DNA of 63,338 nt, filler included, from Pirum gemmata (GCA_002812295.1; 26 parts of 26 records of this genome joined end to end with filler, not necessarily neighbours in it), one strand, 5' to 3'. Positions 23,901 through 38,015 are shown, numbered from the whole stretch's first letter. Numbers and translations are program-made. Notes: generated by a model not told the origin, from the sequence alone.

Positions 23901-24389
23901 TGTTGTAACTTTTTTACGTTTTCCAACACGTCCATGAAGTTTTTTTAAAAACTAGTTTTCTATTGAAAAATGCATATGTTGCATAACCCAGACCTGTTAT
24001 TTATCAATGTATAATATAATAGGTTCGAAAATTCAAACCTATTAAATACCTATTACATTACTTATGTCTTTTAAACACTCTTTTAAAACTGAAAATAATT
24101 GAAGTAAAGCCCAAAAGTTGGAAGTTTTTAAAAATTGTTTGTACCATTTTTATATAATTATATATATGAGGTTGTTGAGTTTGCTACCAAAATTTATTTA
24201 TTTTACAAAATAAATTTAATTATTATATTATTTATTAAGTTAAAATAATATTTATATTTATGCATAGGACTATAATAACGACTATCACCTCTCATCAGAG
24301 ACTACTAGACTATCATGTCTGACTATCATTATTGTTATTTTTATTACTGCTATTATATTAATATATTACTACTGCGATTACTAATAATG

Positions 24390-24434
<45 letters not shown>

Positions 24435-24657
24435 TTATTATTATTATTATTACATTTAATATTATTCCTATTATACATTATTATAAATTGTTTATTATTT
24501 ATTATTTAATAGACAGACAGAGGAAGGGGGAATGGTACCTGCTATATATTGTGTAACNNNNNNNNNNNNNNNNNNNNNNNNNNNNNNNNNNNNNNNNNNN
24601 NTTAATTAATTAANNNNNNNNNNNNNNNNNNNNNNNNNNNNNNNNNNNNNNNNNNNN

Positions 24658-24691
<34 letters not shown>

Positions 24692-24842
24692 TATAGAGAT
24701 TACTCGATTTACTCGTTTTTATCTACAGTAATAATAACAATAATAACAATAATCATAACAATAAAATAAAAATAATAATGATAATGATAATGATAACAAC
24801 AACAATTATAATACAGCTATCGTCATGTGATTTTGCATGCAG

Positions 24843-25041
24843 TGTACAAACTTGTGTGGCGCCACGCTGATTCAAACAGGAAATCCTAGATACACCGACA
24901 AATTTCCTGGAACCCATGAACTCCTTTACGTTGTTCAAAACTTAGGTTCGATTATTATTAATTCTAACAAAACCCTTTTTACTTTCGACTATTATTCACG
25001 GTAATATAGGTTCGATTCTTATCATCGAACAACAAAACTGA
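24843..25041 (+). CDS. Possible last two exons (24843-24945, 25010-25041) of an unidentified gene
   Basis: Higher-GC patch with acceptor TGCAG and a 64-nt GT-AG intron containing CTAAC. Spliced, it reads CTNLCGATLIQTGNPRYTDKFPGTHELLYVVQNLGSILIIEQQN*. No family recognised. Confidence 0.35.
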
Positions 25042-26026
25042 AATGGAGATTAAAATTAATTGTGCAAGCACTAAAAAAATTGAATTCGAATGATTAATAT
25101 GAGTGAAATTGAGGATACACTGTGTGTATGTATATATATTAAATATGCATGTATGTTAAGTATGTGTGACATTGTGCGTATATGTAGCTGTATATGTATG
25201 AGTGTGTATGTGTGTGTAATAAAAGTGTGTTGATTTAGTGTTGACTTTCTATAAAATATTAAAAAGTAAAAATAGGATTATATCCCTTATTTGTTTATTT
25301 ATTATAAAACCAAAAGAGGATTCTCAAAGCCTAGCTAGCTAGCTAGCTAGCTAGGACTCTGAGCGAGGCAGACTCAGGCAGTAGACGTAGTGATACGATA
25401 GCTACAGACGATAGCTACTATCAATATTACTATTATCTGATATAATGTATCACCCGTGTAAGTATCACCCCCCTCAATAATAATAGATAGTCTAGATATC
25501 ATACTGATAGCTAGCTACTACTAGCTAGAGCAGCTAGCTAGCTCTAAAACTATCAGATATCATAATTATTAGACTTAGACAGTCTATTATGTAATATTTT
25601 AGAATAGACTATGACAGAATCAGGATTTACTTATGACGCAAACACTACGCAAACCTTTAATTTATTTATTTTTTGTTATCAAAGACCAACTATTTATTTG
25701 TTATGTTAATTTGCTACATTTTTATTTATAAAATTTGCAGGCCCAATGTAGGATTTTTTTAAAAAGCCTACTGATCCTACTTATTTTTGAAAAGTGGTAA
25801 AAAAGTAGGATTTTTTTTTTTATGTAGTATAATATTATGATACATAGACTAGCATACTAGAGCATAGTACTTAGTCTATTTCATACTAGCTATTTCGTAT
25901 AGTGTAAGTATAGTGTAGGTGATTGACACTGCTACTCTAGCTACTAGCTAGTCTTCTTTCTCTAGTAGTCACTAGAGCTACTAGCTAGTCTACTAGTAGA
26001 GGTCTTCCTTTATATATATAATAATA

Positions 26027-26115
<89 letters not shown>

Positions 26116-27618
26116 CTAACGGCAACAGAATTGTACCCCTAATTTATAACTTTTAACCACTATCTGATACTTTAAACTACTTTTAAAACCCCTAGCTAGT
26201 AGTTGTAGCCCAGACCCAATAATAGCTAGCTAGCTAACTATAATCATGAGAACTATCAGTACACTGTGTAGTACTGGGTCTGGGTGTCTATAGACTTGGA
26301 GAGTATAGTCTCCAGGATATATAGAGTCGATAACCTTTATAAATTTTTTAAAACTGGAATCCTATATCCTATGATAGTCTACCAAAATATACTCAAAATA
26401 TCCTACTTTTACCTACTGGAGTTTGGACTATTTTGACTTGTTGGCAATGCCATATAGACTACCCGATAAAAATCGGGTAAAATTTGCCAAATAAGTAAGA
26501 ATATTCTCTAAATAATATAACTTCATATAACTTCGTACAACGGGGGGGGGGGTCTACTGCTAGCTAGCTACTAGCTAGTACTAGCTAGGGGTCTTCGTAT
26601 ATTATAGACTAACTTGACTATATCATCTATCATAACTTGTTCTTTTGCTGCCGGTATAATAATATATTGGTATGATATGAATCATAGTATGATAATAGCA
26701 TAATATAATAATAGTTCATAATTATCAATTAATTATTATTCTCAGATCAATTATAATTGAATTATTTATTTATTTATTTGATACAATATTATTATTATTA
26801 TTATTATTATTATTANNNNNNNNNNNNNNNNNNNNNNNNNNNNNNNNNNNNNNNNNNNNTTAATTAATTAANNNNNNNNNNNNNNNNNNNNNNNNNNNNN
26901 NNNNNNNNNNNNNNNAATCCTTCTAATTTCAAATTAACTATAGAGTATTATTATTATTATTATTATTAACAATTAATCAACATAATGATTGTTGTTATGA
27001 TTGTTCTTATTATCATTGTATTAACTATTATTATATATGGATGTATAACTATAGTTATTAATTAAAATATTGTTATTATATTATTGAAATATATCGTTAT
27101 TGTTATTAATTGTTATTTTGTTATTGTTATTATACACAAGTTGTTAATAGTATTGTTATTGTTATTTTGTTATTTGTTATTGTACACATGTTGTTGATAG
27201 TACTACATAATACATGTTATTATACATGTTAACGTTATATCCATAAAAATATTAATATTGCAATTGTAATTGTTATTAATATTATTGTTATTGTTATTGT
27301 TATTGCTTAAATTTATTCAGTATATTGTTATTGTTGTATATTATCTGCATTACTTTAACATTATAATATTAATGTTACTAGTACTGTTATTGTAATTGTT
27401 ACATAATTGTATATAGTACTTCATAACAGTTAATTTATCGTTAATTAAAGCTTAAGGTATTAATATTGTGACTAGTATAACGATATCAAAACCAATATTG
27501 TTAAAAAAATACTAATATATATTCGATATATTATAATAACAATATAATAATAATTACCTGGTAGTAATAACGCTAACAATAACAATAACAATAACATAAA
27601 GACCACACTAATCTCCAG

Positions 27619-27933
27619 GACTTTGCAGTTGTTAGTTTTAAGCCTTTAAACTGACAAAAGAGGCCTTCAGATGGGCTTTTAGTAGTTAGTCTATCCTACT
27701 AATAGGCACCAAAACTAACATATTCGGCAATAAAGAACCTAAACTACCCTATTTAGAGCCAAAAGACCCATCTAAGCCTATTGGTCGACCTACTAAAAGC
27801 CCATCTGGAGGCCTCTTTTGTCGGTTTAAAGGCTTAAAACTAACAACTACAAAGCTATTGGTCGACCTACTAAAAGCCCATCTGGAGGCCTCTTTTGTCA
27901 GTTTAAAGGCTTAAAACTAACAACTACAAAGTC
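27619..27933. mobile_element. Foldback/MITE-like element with about 67-bp inverted arms, right arm tandemly duplicated
   Basis: 27619-27685 is the reverse complement of both 27790-27853 and 27868-27933. Confidence 0.75.
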
Positions 27934-30326
27934 TAGAACTAACAGGATATAATAGAGATTGGTCTATACAATAACAATAACAATATAACAATAACAGTAA
28001 CAGTAACAGTAACAGTAACAGTAACAATAACAATATTTGTTAATAGCAACAACAGTATGGTGAATGAAAAATTGGTAGTATTAATTAAATAGCCGATTTT
28101 GTGTTATTGTTATTATTAAATATTGTTGTTTTATATTGTGATTGTTATTATATAATATTATATATTATTATTGTTATTGTTAACGTATAACGTTATTGAT
28201 ATTAATTGTTATTTACCGTTATTGTTGCCGTTGTTAATATTGTTATTGTTATTGTAGTCAATATTAATATGTTATTGTTATTTTTATTTTAATTGTTATT
28301 GTTATTGTATTATACATGCTATTGTTATTGTTATTGTTAACATTATTGTTATTAATAATTATAATATTAATTGTCAATTGTTATTGATGAGATTGCAATT
28401 GTTATTGGGATTTTTATTGTTATGTTAATATTAATGCTATTGTTATTGCTATTGTTATTGTCATCGCTATTGCTATACTGTTATTGTTATTGTTATTATT
28501 ATTGTTATAAAAATTATAACATTGTTAATTAACGTTATTATATTGTTATTATATTTTTATTATTATATGTATTGTTAGACCATAATTTTATTATAATTAT
28601 ATGATAATATTAATGATAATTATTGTATTAATAATTAATAATTAAAAACTACACTGAGCTTCAAGTAAATCAATTATTAATACAAGCTTTTAAGCTTTTT
28701 TGTATTTTGCATTAATTTTAAATTTTCCATCGATATATTATAACAATAACAATTATTGGAATAACAATTTTAATATTATTAATATTAATAACAATTAATG
28801 AAAATAACATGCATTATATGGTTATAGGCAATACTAAATATTATTGTTGTCATTGCTATTTTTATTATTGCTGTTAATTATATATCAATAAAATATTATT
28901 AGTATATAATATCAATATAATATTATATATTGTCTTTAATTAATTAATTAATATTGTTCTTCTTATTGTTGATTTGAATAATTTATAATCAACTTCTTAT
29001 TGTTGATTTAAATAATTTATAATTATTAAAAGAAAGATAATATATATATTTTAATTAATTATTGGATTAATATTTTTTAAAATAAATTAACAGCAATAAT
29101 AANNNNNNNNNNNNNNNNNNNNNNNNNNNNNNNNNNNNNNNNNNNNTTAATTAATTAANNNNNNNNNNNNNNNNNNNNNNNNNNNNNNNNNNNNNNNNNN
29201 NNTTATATATAATATTATAAATTATATTATATTAATAATATAAGTATATATTACATATATAACATGAATGCTGGAAGTAACTCGTATTATAGTATAATAT
29301 GTCGTAAAGGTTATTAATATAACATTATTATTATAATAACAATTATGATATAACATTGATTGAAAAGTTTCAATTTGCTTTACTATTTCCAACTGTTCTA
29401 AACGTGAAAGGGGTTTTTTTGTATGAAATAAGTGATATCCTTATTAATAACCATGGTATATAAAATTTAATTGCACGGGTTCATAATACTGGTAATTTTT
29501 AATATTATATATAATATTTTAATCATTAATTAAAAAACAATAAAAAAAGTTAATTTTATTAAAAAGGTTAATTAAATATAATCAAATTTGAAGTCCTTGA
29601 TATAAATAATTTACAATAATTGATAATGATCAATAGAGCTATCAATAGCATTTTTGTATAATATATAATTATATATATAATTATATACTAGTAATTATAT
29701 AATATGTTTTACATGTACACTTTTAAATAATATTATGCTATATTTATAATATTAATTATATAATATATAATTCATATATAATTATATATCAGATGAACTC
29801 CAGACTGACTCTAGCTAGATGGGGTCTTGGAACTTACGCCAGATTACAGATTTAAAAAGTAATACACTATCATAGCAGATTTACTTTTCCAAAGGGCTTT
29901 TTTTTTTAAAAAAATTTCTTATTTTTATAAATAGTAAGATTATATGGATAATACGGTATTCAACATCAAAAAAAGGTATTTTGAGTCATGATTAGCTATA
30001 TATAGGCTGTATGATGTATCATATATCAGATAGCGGCGTCACTATTAATTAAAGGAGCTTTATTTAGTCTTGAGCTTGAAGTCTGAACCATGATTGAGCA
30101 TGGATTATGACGTATATCATAATAAAGTTAATTAAGTATTGTTAAGTTATCATATTGATAGATATTGATAGATATTTTAATATTATTATTATAATTATAT
30201 AGTAACAGTTTAAAAAAAGATGCCGCAATATAGAATTCAAATTTAAATGCTATAATATAAAATTTAATAGTCAAATCAATATATACATAACTATTGGATT
30301 TCTATCATAATATATATGCATAATAC

Positions 30327-30863
30327 GTAGTAGTAGTACTAGGTTTATATAGTAGTAGTATGATATATTAAATTTTATGATATCATCTTTTTATAAATTC
30401 TTTTTATTCCTTGTAACTTGTGGTATGATAGTGTGTTAGTGATTACTACAGTGTACAACTCAATCTACATAATATATTATCTAGAATTTATTATAGATAT
30501 TTCCGTCGAGTAGACTATGTAGATAGCTTTTAAAAACTATAGCTTAATATCAAATTATATCATAAGATTCATAACTGCTTTTTAAAAATAAAATAGATAG
30601 TACTAGTAATCTAGTCAGTTTAATAATAGTCTTTTCTTAATTAAAAGCAGTTATTAAGCTATCTACAATTCTACATAGTCTACTCGACGGAAACATCTAT
30701 AATATATTCTAGATAATATATTATATATTATGATACATTGAGTTGTACATTGTATCTATCACTAGTACTATCATACCAAAAAGTTACAAGGAATAAAAAG
30801 AATTCGTAAAAAGATATCATACTACTACTATATAGACCTAGCTAGCACACTGTACTACTACTA
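30327..30863. repeat. Long degenerate inverted repeat (foldback, arms over 200 bp)
   Basis: For example tttccgtcgagtagactatgtaga (30500) pairs with tctacatagtctactcgacggaaa (30670), and aattctttttattccttgtaactt pairs with aagttacaaggaataaaaagaatt. Confidence 0.88.
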
Positions 30864-32042
30864 TGCATTATGGATTTATGGTAGACTACATAATAATATA
30901 TAATATTACGACGATATATGATAAAATTATAATATTATATTTATAAAATTTTATATAGACTAATAAATAAATTTTTTGCAAGTTGTTTGTAAAAGTAAAC
31001 TATCGATAGCTAGCTAGTAGTTGTGCGGCTTGTGCCAGTTGTGCCAGTTTTTTAAAATACAGTCTCCAGAGTCCAGACTCCTGTGTGTCAGTGTCACTGA
31101 TCAAAGAACCCAGGAGCCTTTGCACTCGTGCACTGGTGAGTCTGTGATGGGGCCTGGGAGGCTGGGAGTGATAGCCTAGCTAGTGATGCCAGTGTCGGCA
31201 ACCTGAGGGAGGGAGGGGATGATGAGAAGGGCTAGCTAGTAGCTAGGGGGGGTGATGTGGGGAGAGGGGTGATGGGGCTCTCTACTAAGCTAGCTACTAG
31301 CTAGGGTGATGGGGGGAGCGGGGAGGTGGGTAACATGGGTTAGGTGTCGGCAACTATTTTTNCGTCCGACTCAGTAAAAATTATCCGACGAGTTCGTCGG
31401 ATCCGTCCGACCCCCCCCGGAACCCCTATTTTCCGATTTCCGATTCGGAATGAACACCTCTGGTTATCATACTTTAGTCTTTAGATTCACCTATTGTGCA
31501 CCCAAAGACTTTTTTGAAGTTTTTGTATCAATCACCCTATTAAATCATTGAGAACTACAAAAAGTGTAGTTCTTGGTGCCCCCGTGCAGCCAGTCCGGCC
31601 CGTGTCCACTGTCCAGTGTCCACGGTGAAGCATTTTGATCGTGCTTTCAGCTGGTGCTTTCATTCAGCCTTTCAATAAAGTTTATTGATATTTTGTATTT
31701 TTTTGTTTACTACGATAGGTGGTGTTTACATCTGATAGTATTATCATTATATTATTATAATTATTATTATTATTTTTTTTTTTTTTCACCCAATAGACTA
31801 TTGGTATCAATGGATTCGTTTCGAAAAAGTAAATGAGAAAAGTGAAAGTTTCATNNNNNNNNNNNNNNNNNNNNNNNNNNNNNNNNNNNNNNNNNNNNTT
31901 AATTAATTAANNNNNNNNNNNNNNNNNNNNNNNNNNNNNNNNNNNNNNNNNNNNGAATGAAAAAAAAGAACAGAATGGTGTTAGCCCCCCACGATACTGT
32001 AACAACGAAAAAAACCAAAAAAAAAAACTCAAAAAAGAAAAG

Positions 32043-32073
<31 letters not shown>

Positions 32074-32391
32074 TTTTTCTTATACGCATTTTTATTTTTT
32101 TTAAAAAATAAGTAACAAAAATATTTGCACAAAAGAAAAAAGAAGTCAAAAATTAAAAAATGGCAAAAAAAGAAAAAGGGTCTTCCTTCGCATTTAACTT
32201 GAATGTGGTAATATTCTACAAACATTTAATACCAAATGTTACCAAATTAAATTATTAATTTACTAAAACAAGTAATATGAATACCAATAAATAGATGGCA
32301 AAAATGCCTTTAATAAAATTCAAAATGTAGATTCTTCATTCCTATTTTTTTTTTTTTACAATATGGTTGTTTTTATAATTAGTGTCCAGGA

Positions 32392-32615
32392 TATAGGGAC
32401 TAAAAAGTATAGGGCTAGCACAGATGACGTCACAATAATATTTTTCCCCCCCTAACCTCGGGCATAGGTTACTAGAGGTAGAGGAAAAGAAAAACCCCCT
32501 TTTCCCTACTAAAGTATAAGGCTAGCAAGCAAGAAAGGGGGTTAGGTAGAGGAAATGAAAAATGAGGTTTGCAAAAAATAAAAATAAAAATATATACTAT
32601 ACTTTAGTCCCCATG
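32392..32615. mobile_element. MITE family D (hAT-like)
   Basis: YATRGGGACTAAA termini with 8-bp flanks gtccagga/gcccagga. The internal sequence is the reverse complement of 62977-63235. Confidence 0.8.
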
Positions 32616-33000
32616 GCCCAGGACAACTATTTACAATGTGACCAAAAAAGTATCAGTATAAATTTATAGTCTCCTTGCTATTTTTATAGTAGGAAGTTAC
32701 ATGTGCTATTTTTTGGTATTTTTTTAATTATTTTGAATTTGAAGCATAATATTAACGGGGGGTTTTTTTTGGAATAATTTTTTTTTTACAAATTATTTAT
32801 TAAAAACCTACTTTTTTCTGTTTTGCCTAATAAACACGAGTAGTCTATGTACAGTTACAAATGCAACTAACATAGTCACAATTGCAACTTTGCCTAATAT
32901 ATCCACAGCTACATTAAGTAGTCGTGGCTACATCGTCTTACATTATTATCAAACATTCTTTTATTTTATGTAATATCATTTTTATACTATTAATATTATC

Positions 33001-33181
33001 GTGCTTTTCAGTTGTTTTGTAATCATAAAATATACAACAAATAGTACCAAATTAATACACTATAAACACATTTCATTTAATTTGGGTATATTTTATTATC
33101 CATTTATTCATTTAACAATGTCAATTAAAAATTATAACCAACCAAATAAATATTCGGAGTGACAAAATAAATGAAAAGCGC
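33001..33181. mobile_element. MITE family C, near full-length copy in reverse orientation
   Basis: Imperfect TIR of about 23 bp: GTGCTTTTCagttgTTTTGT...ACAAAAtaaatGAAAAGCGC. TSD not resolved. Confidence 0.78.
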
Positions 33182-34307
33182 TATATATATTATTTAATAA
33201 CAACATCAGTAGTATGATCGATAGCAGAGTATTTAGCAGTCGTGGCTTCATTATGATCAAAACATTTTTTAATCACACTATGATGCAAACAATCTAAAAA
33301 TGCCCTATTTACTAATTAAAAGTTCCACTTTTTTTTTTTATGTTCGAAAATTTCAAACCTATCAAATACTATTATATTAATTATGTTCGAAAAATAAAAT
33401 TTCTAACTCAAAAATTGGACGTTTTTAAATTGTTTGCGCCATATATATAAATATATAGCAAAAAAACGATTAGTCTAAGTGGATTTATTATTATATTTTT
33501 ATTGGTTTTACCAAGATTCACAAGATAAAATTATAAGTTTTCATTTACAAAACAAGCAATAGAGTAGAATAGATTACTGTGTGACAGTCTAATATTCTCA
33601 ATTTAATCAATTATATATTGTGCTAAAAATTGGTTGGTTAAAATCTAAGCACTAAAATAAAAGGATTTCATTGGAAACTTAACAGAAGGATCATAGTATT
33701 ATATATATATATATTTATATATATATCTTTTTTACCCTTGTTTTTATACTTACTTGATCCGTATTTTCGATATACAACATTATAAATCAAATAAGATAGT
33801 GGCTGGCAATATTTTATTACATCATTCAGGATAGTATCATAATCAAAATGATGATATCATATATCAAGAAAATCAACCAAGTCAACACTATCAATAAATA
33901 CAACAACAGCATTTTCTTCAATATAGTTTTAATCACATTTCAATCAAAATTATTTTCTTATTACCCTTATTATCAAGACCATCATCATCATAATTATTCT
34001 TTTAATACATGAAATTTAATGATAAGATTAATGTTTAGAAAATACGTAATCGTTTATTTTTTTCCACCCCATAATTCTTTCTATTTATTATTATTATTAG
34101 TACTATTATTAGTATTATTATTNNNNNNNNNNNNNNNNNNNNNNNNNNNNNNNNNNNNNNNNNNNNTTAATTAATTAANNNNNNNNNNNNNNNNNNNNNN
34201 NNNNNNNNNNNNNNNNNNNNNNATAATAATAATAATACAAATAATAATAATAGATAATAATAATAATAAAGCTTTTACATGGAAAATTAAAAAGTTAAAT
34301 ACCTAAT

Positions 34308-35393
34308 ATGTCTTCGACAGACAGCCAAATCGAGAAAAGTTCAATTTTATTATTAGGTTTTTGTTTGGCAATTATAGTAAGTAATTCTTGTGGGTTTTTT
34401 AGATTTCTTTATCACAAATTTTGGAATGTTAAAGAAAGAAAATGTAATCAACTGGATCCGCAAACGATAAGCATTCCAAGTTGTTTACTATTCAACACTA
34501 AAAATTGCAACGAAGAAACTTTCAAAGAAAAACTGCGTCGAATTCGAAAGTTATCCACTAGTAAATTAGAGCTGTTTATCACTTTCTTTTTAGCGTTGTT
34601 TTTTTCATTTTTTGCCTGTTTAACTGCTACTATTGGCGCCATTTTCCCAGCTAATTGTCGGTATATTGTTAAATTTGAAGTCATACTTTATCATATAGGT
34701 TGGTTTTTTATTTTACAAACCTTTATAGTGAAGGCCAGAATAATTAATAAAATATTCGACAAAGCCTGGGTATTCCATGTGTCTACCATTTGTATCGCGT
34801 TGTTGCAGATAGGGTTTGCAGTTTTTGAAATTTTGGCCGGTAAAATAGAAAATGTAGAAACTTGTTTAACTGATTTTCCCGTTGTAAGTATTGTTTTGCT
34901 TGGTTTCACGAATGTTGGAAGCCAGTTTTTGTTGTTATTAAGTTTTTTATATCCCATTTGGAAAATAACTAAAAAAACAACTTCGAACTCTGATTGTGAT
35001 CATATGTGCACACTTGCTGAACGGGCTATGAAATATACTTTAGTGAGTTGCATATGCAGTTTAGTTATTTATATTCTAATTGCTACTCATACCACTAATG
35101 AAACGGGTTACAGCATTTGGTATTTAGACGTAGCTCTGACTGTAACTTTTGCAAGCAGTGCCATTACCCCTCCCCCGCGATATGGCAAAAATGATTTCGC
35201 TCATGCGCCCAATGCAATTCAAATGAATAATAACTTGCACCTGAAAAATGACAATCTCAATATTAACATTAATAACAACTTAGAGAAGACCCTAACATTA
35301 ACAACTCAATACAACGATCATGAAAATGATGAAAAGCGACAAAGTAGAAGTACATGCTCTCCAGAAAACGAAAAGCGAGACTGGGTTTCATAA
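34308..35393 (+). CDS. Intronless seven-transmembrane, GPCR-like protein (361 aa)
   Basis: Seven hydrophobic segments, with Cys at the top of TM3 (ANCRY) and in ECL2 (ETCLT). TM5 ends FLYP, TM7 contains YLD, and the C-tail is polar. Confidence 0.85.
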   Translation: MSSTDSQIEKSSILLLGFCLAIIVSNSCGFFRFLYHKFWNVKERKCNQLDPQTISIPSCLLFNTKNCNEETFKEKLRRIRKLSTSKLELFITFFLALFFSFFACLTATIGAIFPANCRYIVKFEVILYHIGWFFILQTFIVKARIINKIFDKAWVFHVSTICIALLQIGFAVFEILAGKIENVETCLTDFPVVSIVLLGFTNVGSQFLLLLSFLYPIWKITKKTTSNSDCDHMCTLAERAMKYTLVSCICSLVIYILIATHTTNETGYSIWYLDVALTVTFASSAITPPPRYGKNDFAHAPNAIQMNNNLHLKNDNLNININNNLEKTLTLTTQYNDHENDEKRQSRSTCSPENEKRDWVS

Positions 35394-36929
35394 GAAAAGT
35401 TTGATGACATTATAATATTATGCATTATATTAATTATATTATATTAATATATTATATATAATATATTTAAAATCTATTAATTAACCGTGGGAGGTACCCA
35501 AAATGAAGGTAAAAACGGCAACAATATTACCAATAACATTAACATCAATATTAACATTAATTAACATTAAAACATTAATTAACATTAGTTATAATTAGCA
35601 ATAACACCGTTAACCAAAATTCGTATCAATTAGGATATGTAATTTTATTATTCAATAGTTTTAACATTTTATCATAATTATCATCACACTACTACTACAA
35701 GCATCATTATAATGTTTAAGGCCACTTAATTAAAAAATACAACAATAACGCAATAAAGAAATAAAACAATACATAATATTATAATTGTCTATTTTTAAAA
35801 TTAATCATTATTATTATCATTATTATCATTATTATTATCGTTATTATTATCATTATCATTATTATTTTCGTTATTATTATCACCATATTATTACAATTGC
35901 TAATAATATCATTATTATTAATATAATATTATATCATTGTTAATTTTAATAATTGATTAATATCATTTCAATATTATCAATATTATCGGTATTATATCAT
36001 TGTTAATATTTATTTGGAGGGTTATAATCTTTAAATTGACATTTTTAAATCAATATATAGATAATAAAATATACCAAATTAAATTAAATGGACTTATATG
36101 GTATTAATTTGGTACTATTTATTGTATATTTTATAATAACATATACATACCATATATGTATATATAAATACTAAATATAGTAATACTTCAACAGATGACA
36201 AAACAACTGAAAAGCACTACTAGCTAGCTACTAGCTAGCTAGCTAGATTGGGGTCTAGCTAGCTAGTCTAGCTAGCTACTGAAGTCTAGCTTTTTACGAT
36301 AAATCCCGCCGGCACCAAATATGGTAAAACATGTTACAAGTTTTTTTTTTTGGTTACAATACTTACATAAATAGGTATATAATTNNNNNNNNNNNNNNNN
36401 NNNNNNNNNNNNNNNNNNNNNNNNNNNNTTAATTAATTAANNNNNNNNNNNNNNNNNNNNNNNNNNNNNNNNNNNNNNNNNNNNTAATCGCAATATGATA
36501 AGGGATCATATTTATCAAACTAGCTAGATCAATATCTTTTTTTTTTTTTTATCGATATTGATACCAGCAACCTTTATTCTCTCACTATTCTCTCTTTTTG
36601 CTCTCCCCCAGTTTTTTCCCTCTTTTTTTTTCTCTCTCTACTATCGATACTAGCTAGTAGCTATCATAGCTAGCTAGACTGTAGCTAGTATCATAGCTAG
36701 CTAGTAGCTAGCTAGCACTAGCTAGCTCTTTTTCACTCTTTTTCACTCTTTTCAAGCATATCGATAAATAATAGACTATCATAATGAAGCTAGCTAGCAA
36801 AGGCTCTGAGCACTTTCCTGGGGTCTTTGTATCAGATACGATACTATTGGTAGCTGCAGCTATCCCATTATATCAACGATACACATCAAACTGTTTGTAA
36901 ACAATCAACTATGATACCATGATTATCTA

Positions 36930-37230
36930 GGTTTTACGCAAAAATTCCTCATTCTTACAGTAGACTAAGAGTTTGGTAACAGTTTATGTACGAATGACTT
37001 GACTTATACATTAGATATAGAAGTAGAAACTGGAAAGGAAACAGGAAGAGAAATCAGTAAACATTGGCATAATGAAGCTTCTAGACCTGTAGTGAAAACA
37101 ACCAACAGTGAATGTCAGAATGGAGTTGACGAAAGGTGTACACATGGGGCAGGAATGTTGTATGGGCTATTAAAGTTACTTCTCGATTGTTAGTTTGTCA
37201 CAAGAGATGATGAGGTTTTAGTGGTGTTAG
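36930..37230 (+). pseudogene. Degenerate piggyBac-like transposase fragment (region around the second catalytic Asp)
   Basis: Across frameshifts: LRVW*..LCTNDLTYTLDIEVETGK and ELTKGVH..GRNVV..SYFSIVSL. These parallel piggyBac GIKxxxxCD..Y...Y.G and ELSKPVHGSCRNITCDNWFTSIPL. Confidence 0.55.
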
Positions 37231-37765
37231 CCACTTGTACTAGAAGGTTACAAAGATGGCACCAAGCTCGTGGTAATGACGATGATCAGCACAAGAATGA
37301 TGCAAAGGAACCTTTTCATTTAACAAAAGTTATAAAAAATTACAAAATATCAAGCAAGGATATAAGCTTTTGAAGACGGTTGGTCTGTTATTGATTATTT
37401 GAGTGACAGTGATGAAGATGAAGATGATCATAATAATAATAATGGCATTATTAATATATTGTTAACGATGGGTTTGATCCTACAAAACACAGAAAAAGTG
37501 TTATTCGATGGTATTAATATTATACTATTAATATAATCATTAAAAAAAGACACTTGTCAGGATTGCTATTGAAAGAAAGGACTACTTATAATATAGCAAT
37601 TACCGATGAAATATCACAACTAGACAGTACTGCGATATTCTATATATATATATATATTATAAATAAATAAAAAATAAATAACTTAATTAAACAAACAAAC
37701 AAACAAACAAATATAAAAACAAAAAAAAAAAAAAAAAAGCAAACAAAAACAAAAAAAAAAAAAAA

Positions 37766-37816
<51 letters not shown>

Positions 37817-38015
37817 AAACAAGCAAACAAAAAAAAAAAAAAAACAAATCCACAAACCCGTGCAGCTTTGGATGGTGGCCAAAAGACTTGTAAAAAATCA
37901 GATAGTCTACCGTTACGGGTAGGTATCTTTACCCTAAAATAACGGGTCGATTTTATGACTTTTTATGACGTAGCCGCTCACAATTTATGAAAGTGTGAAG
38001 AAAAATGTGTTGTAG

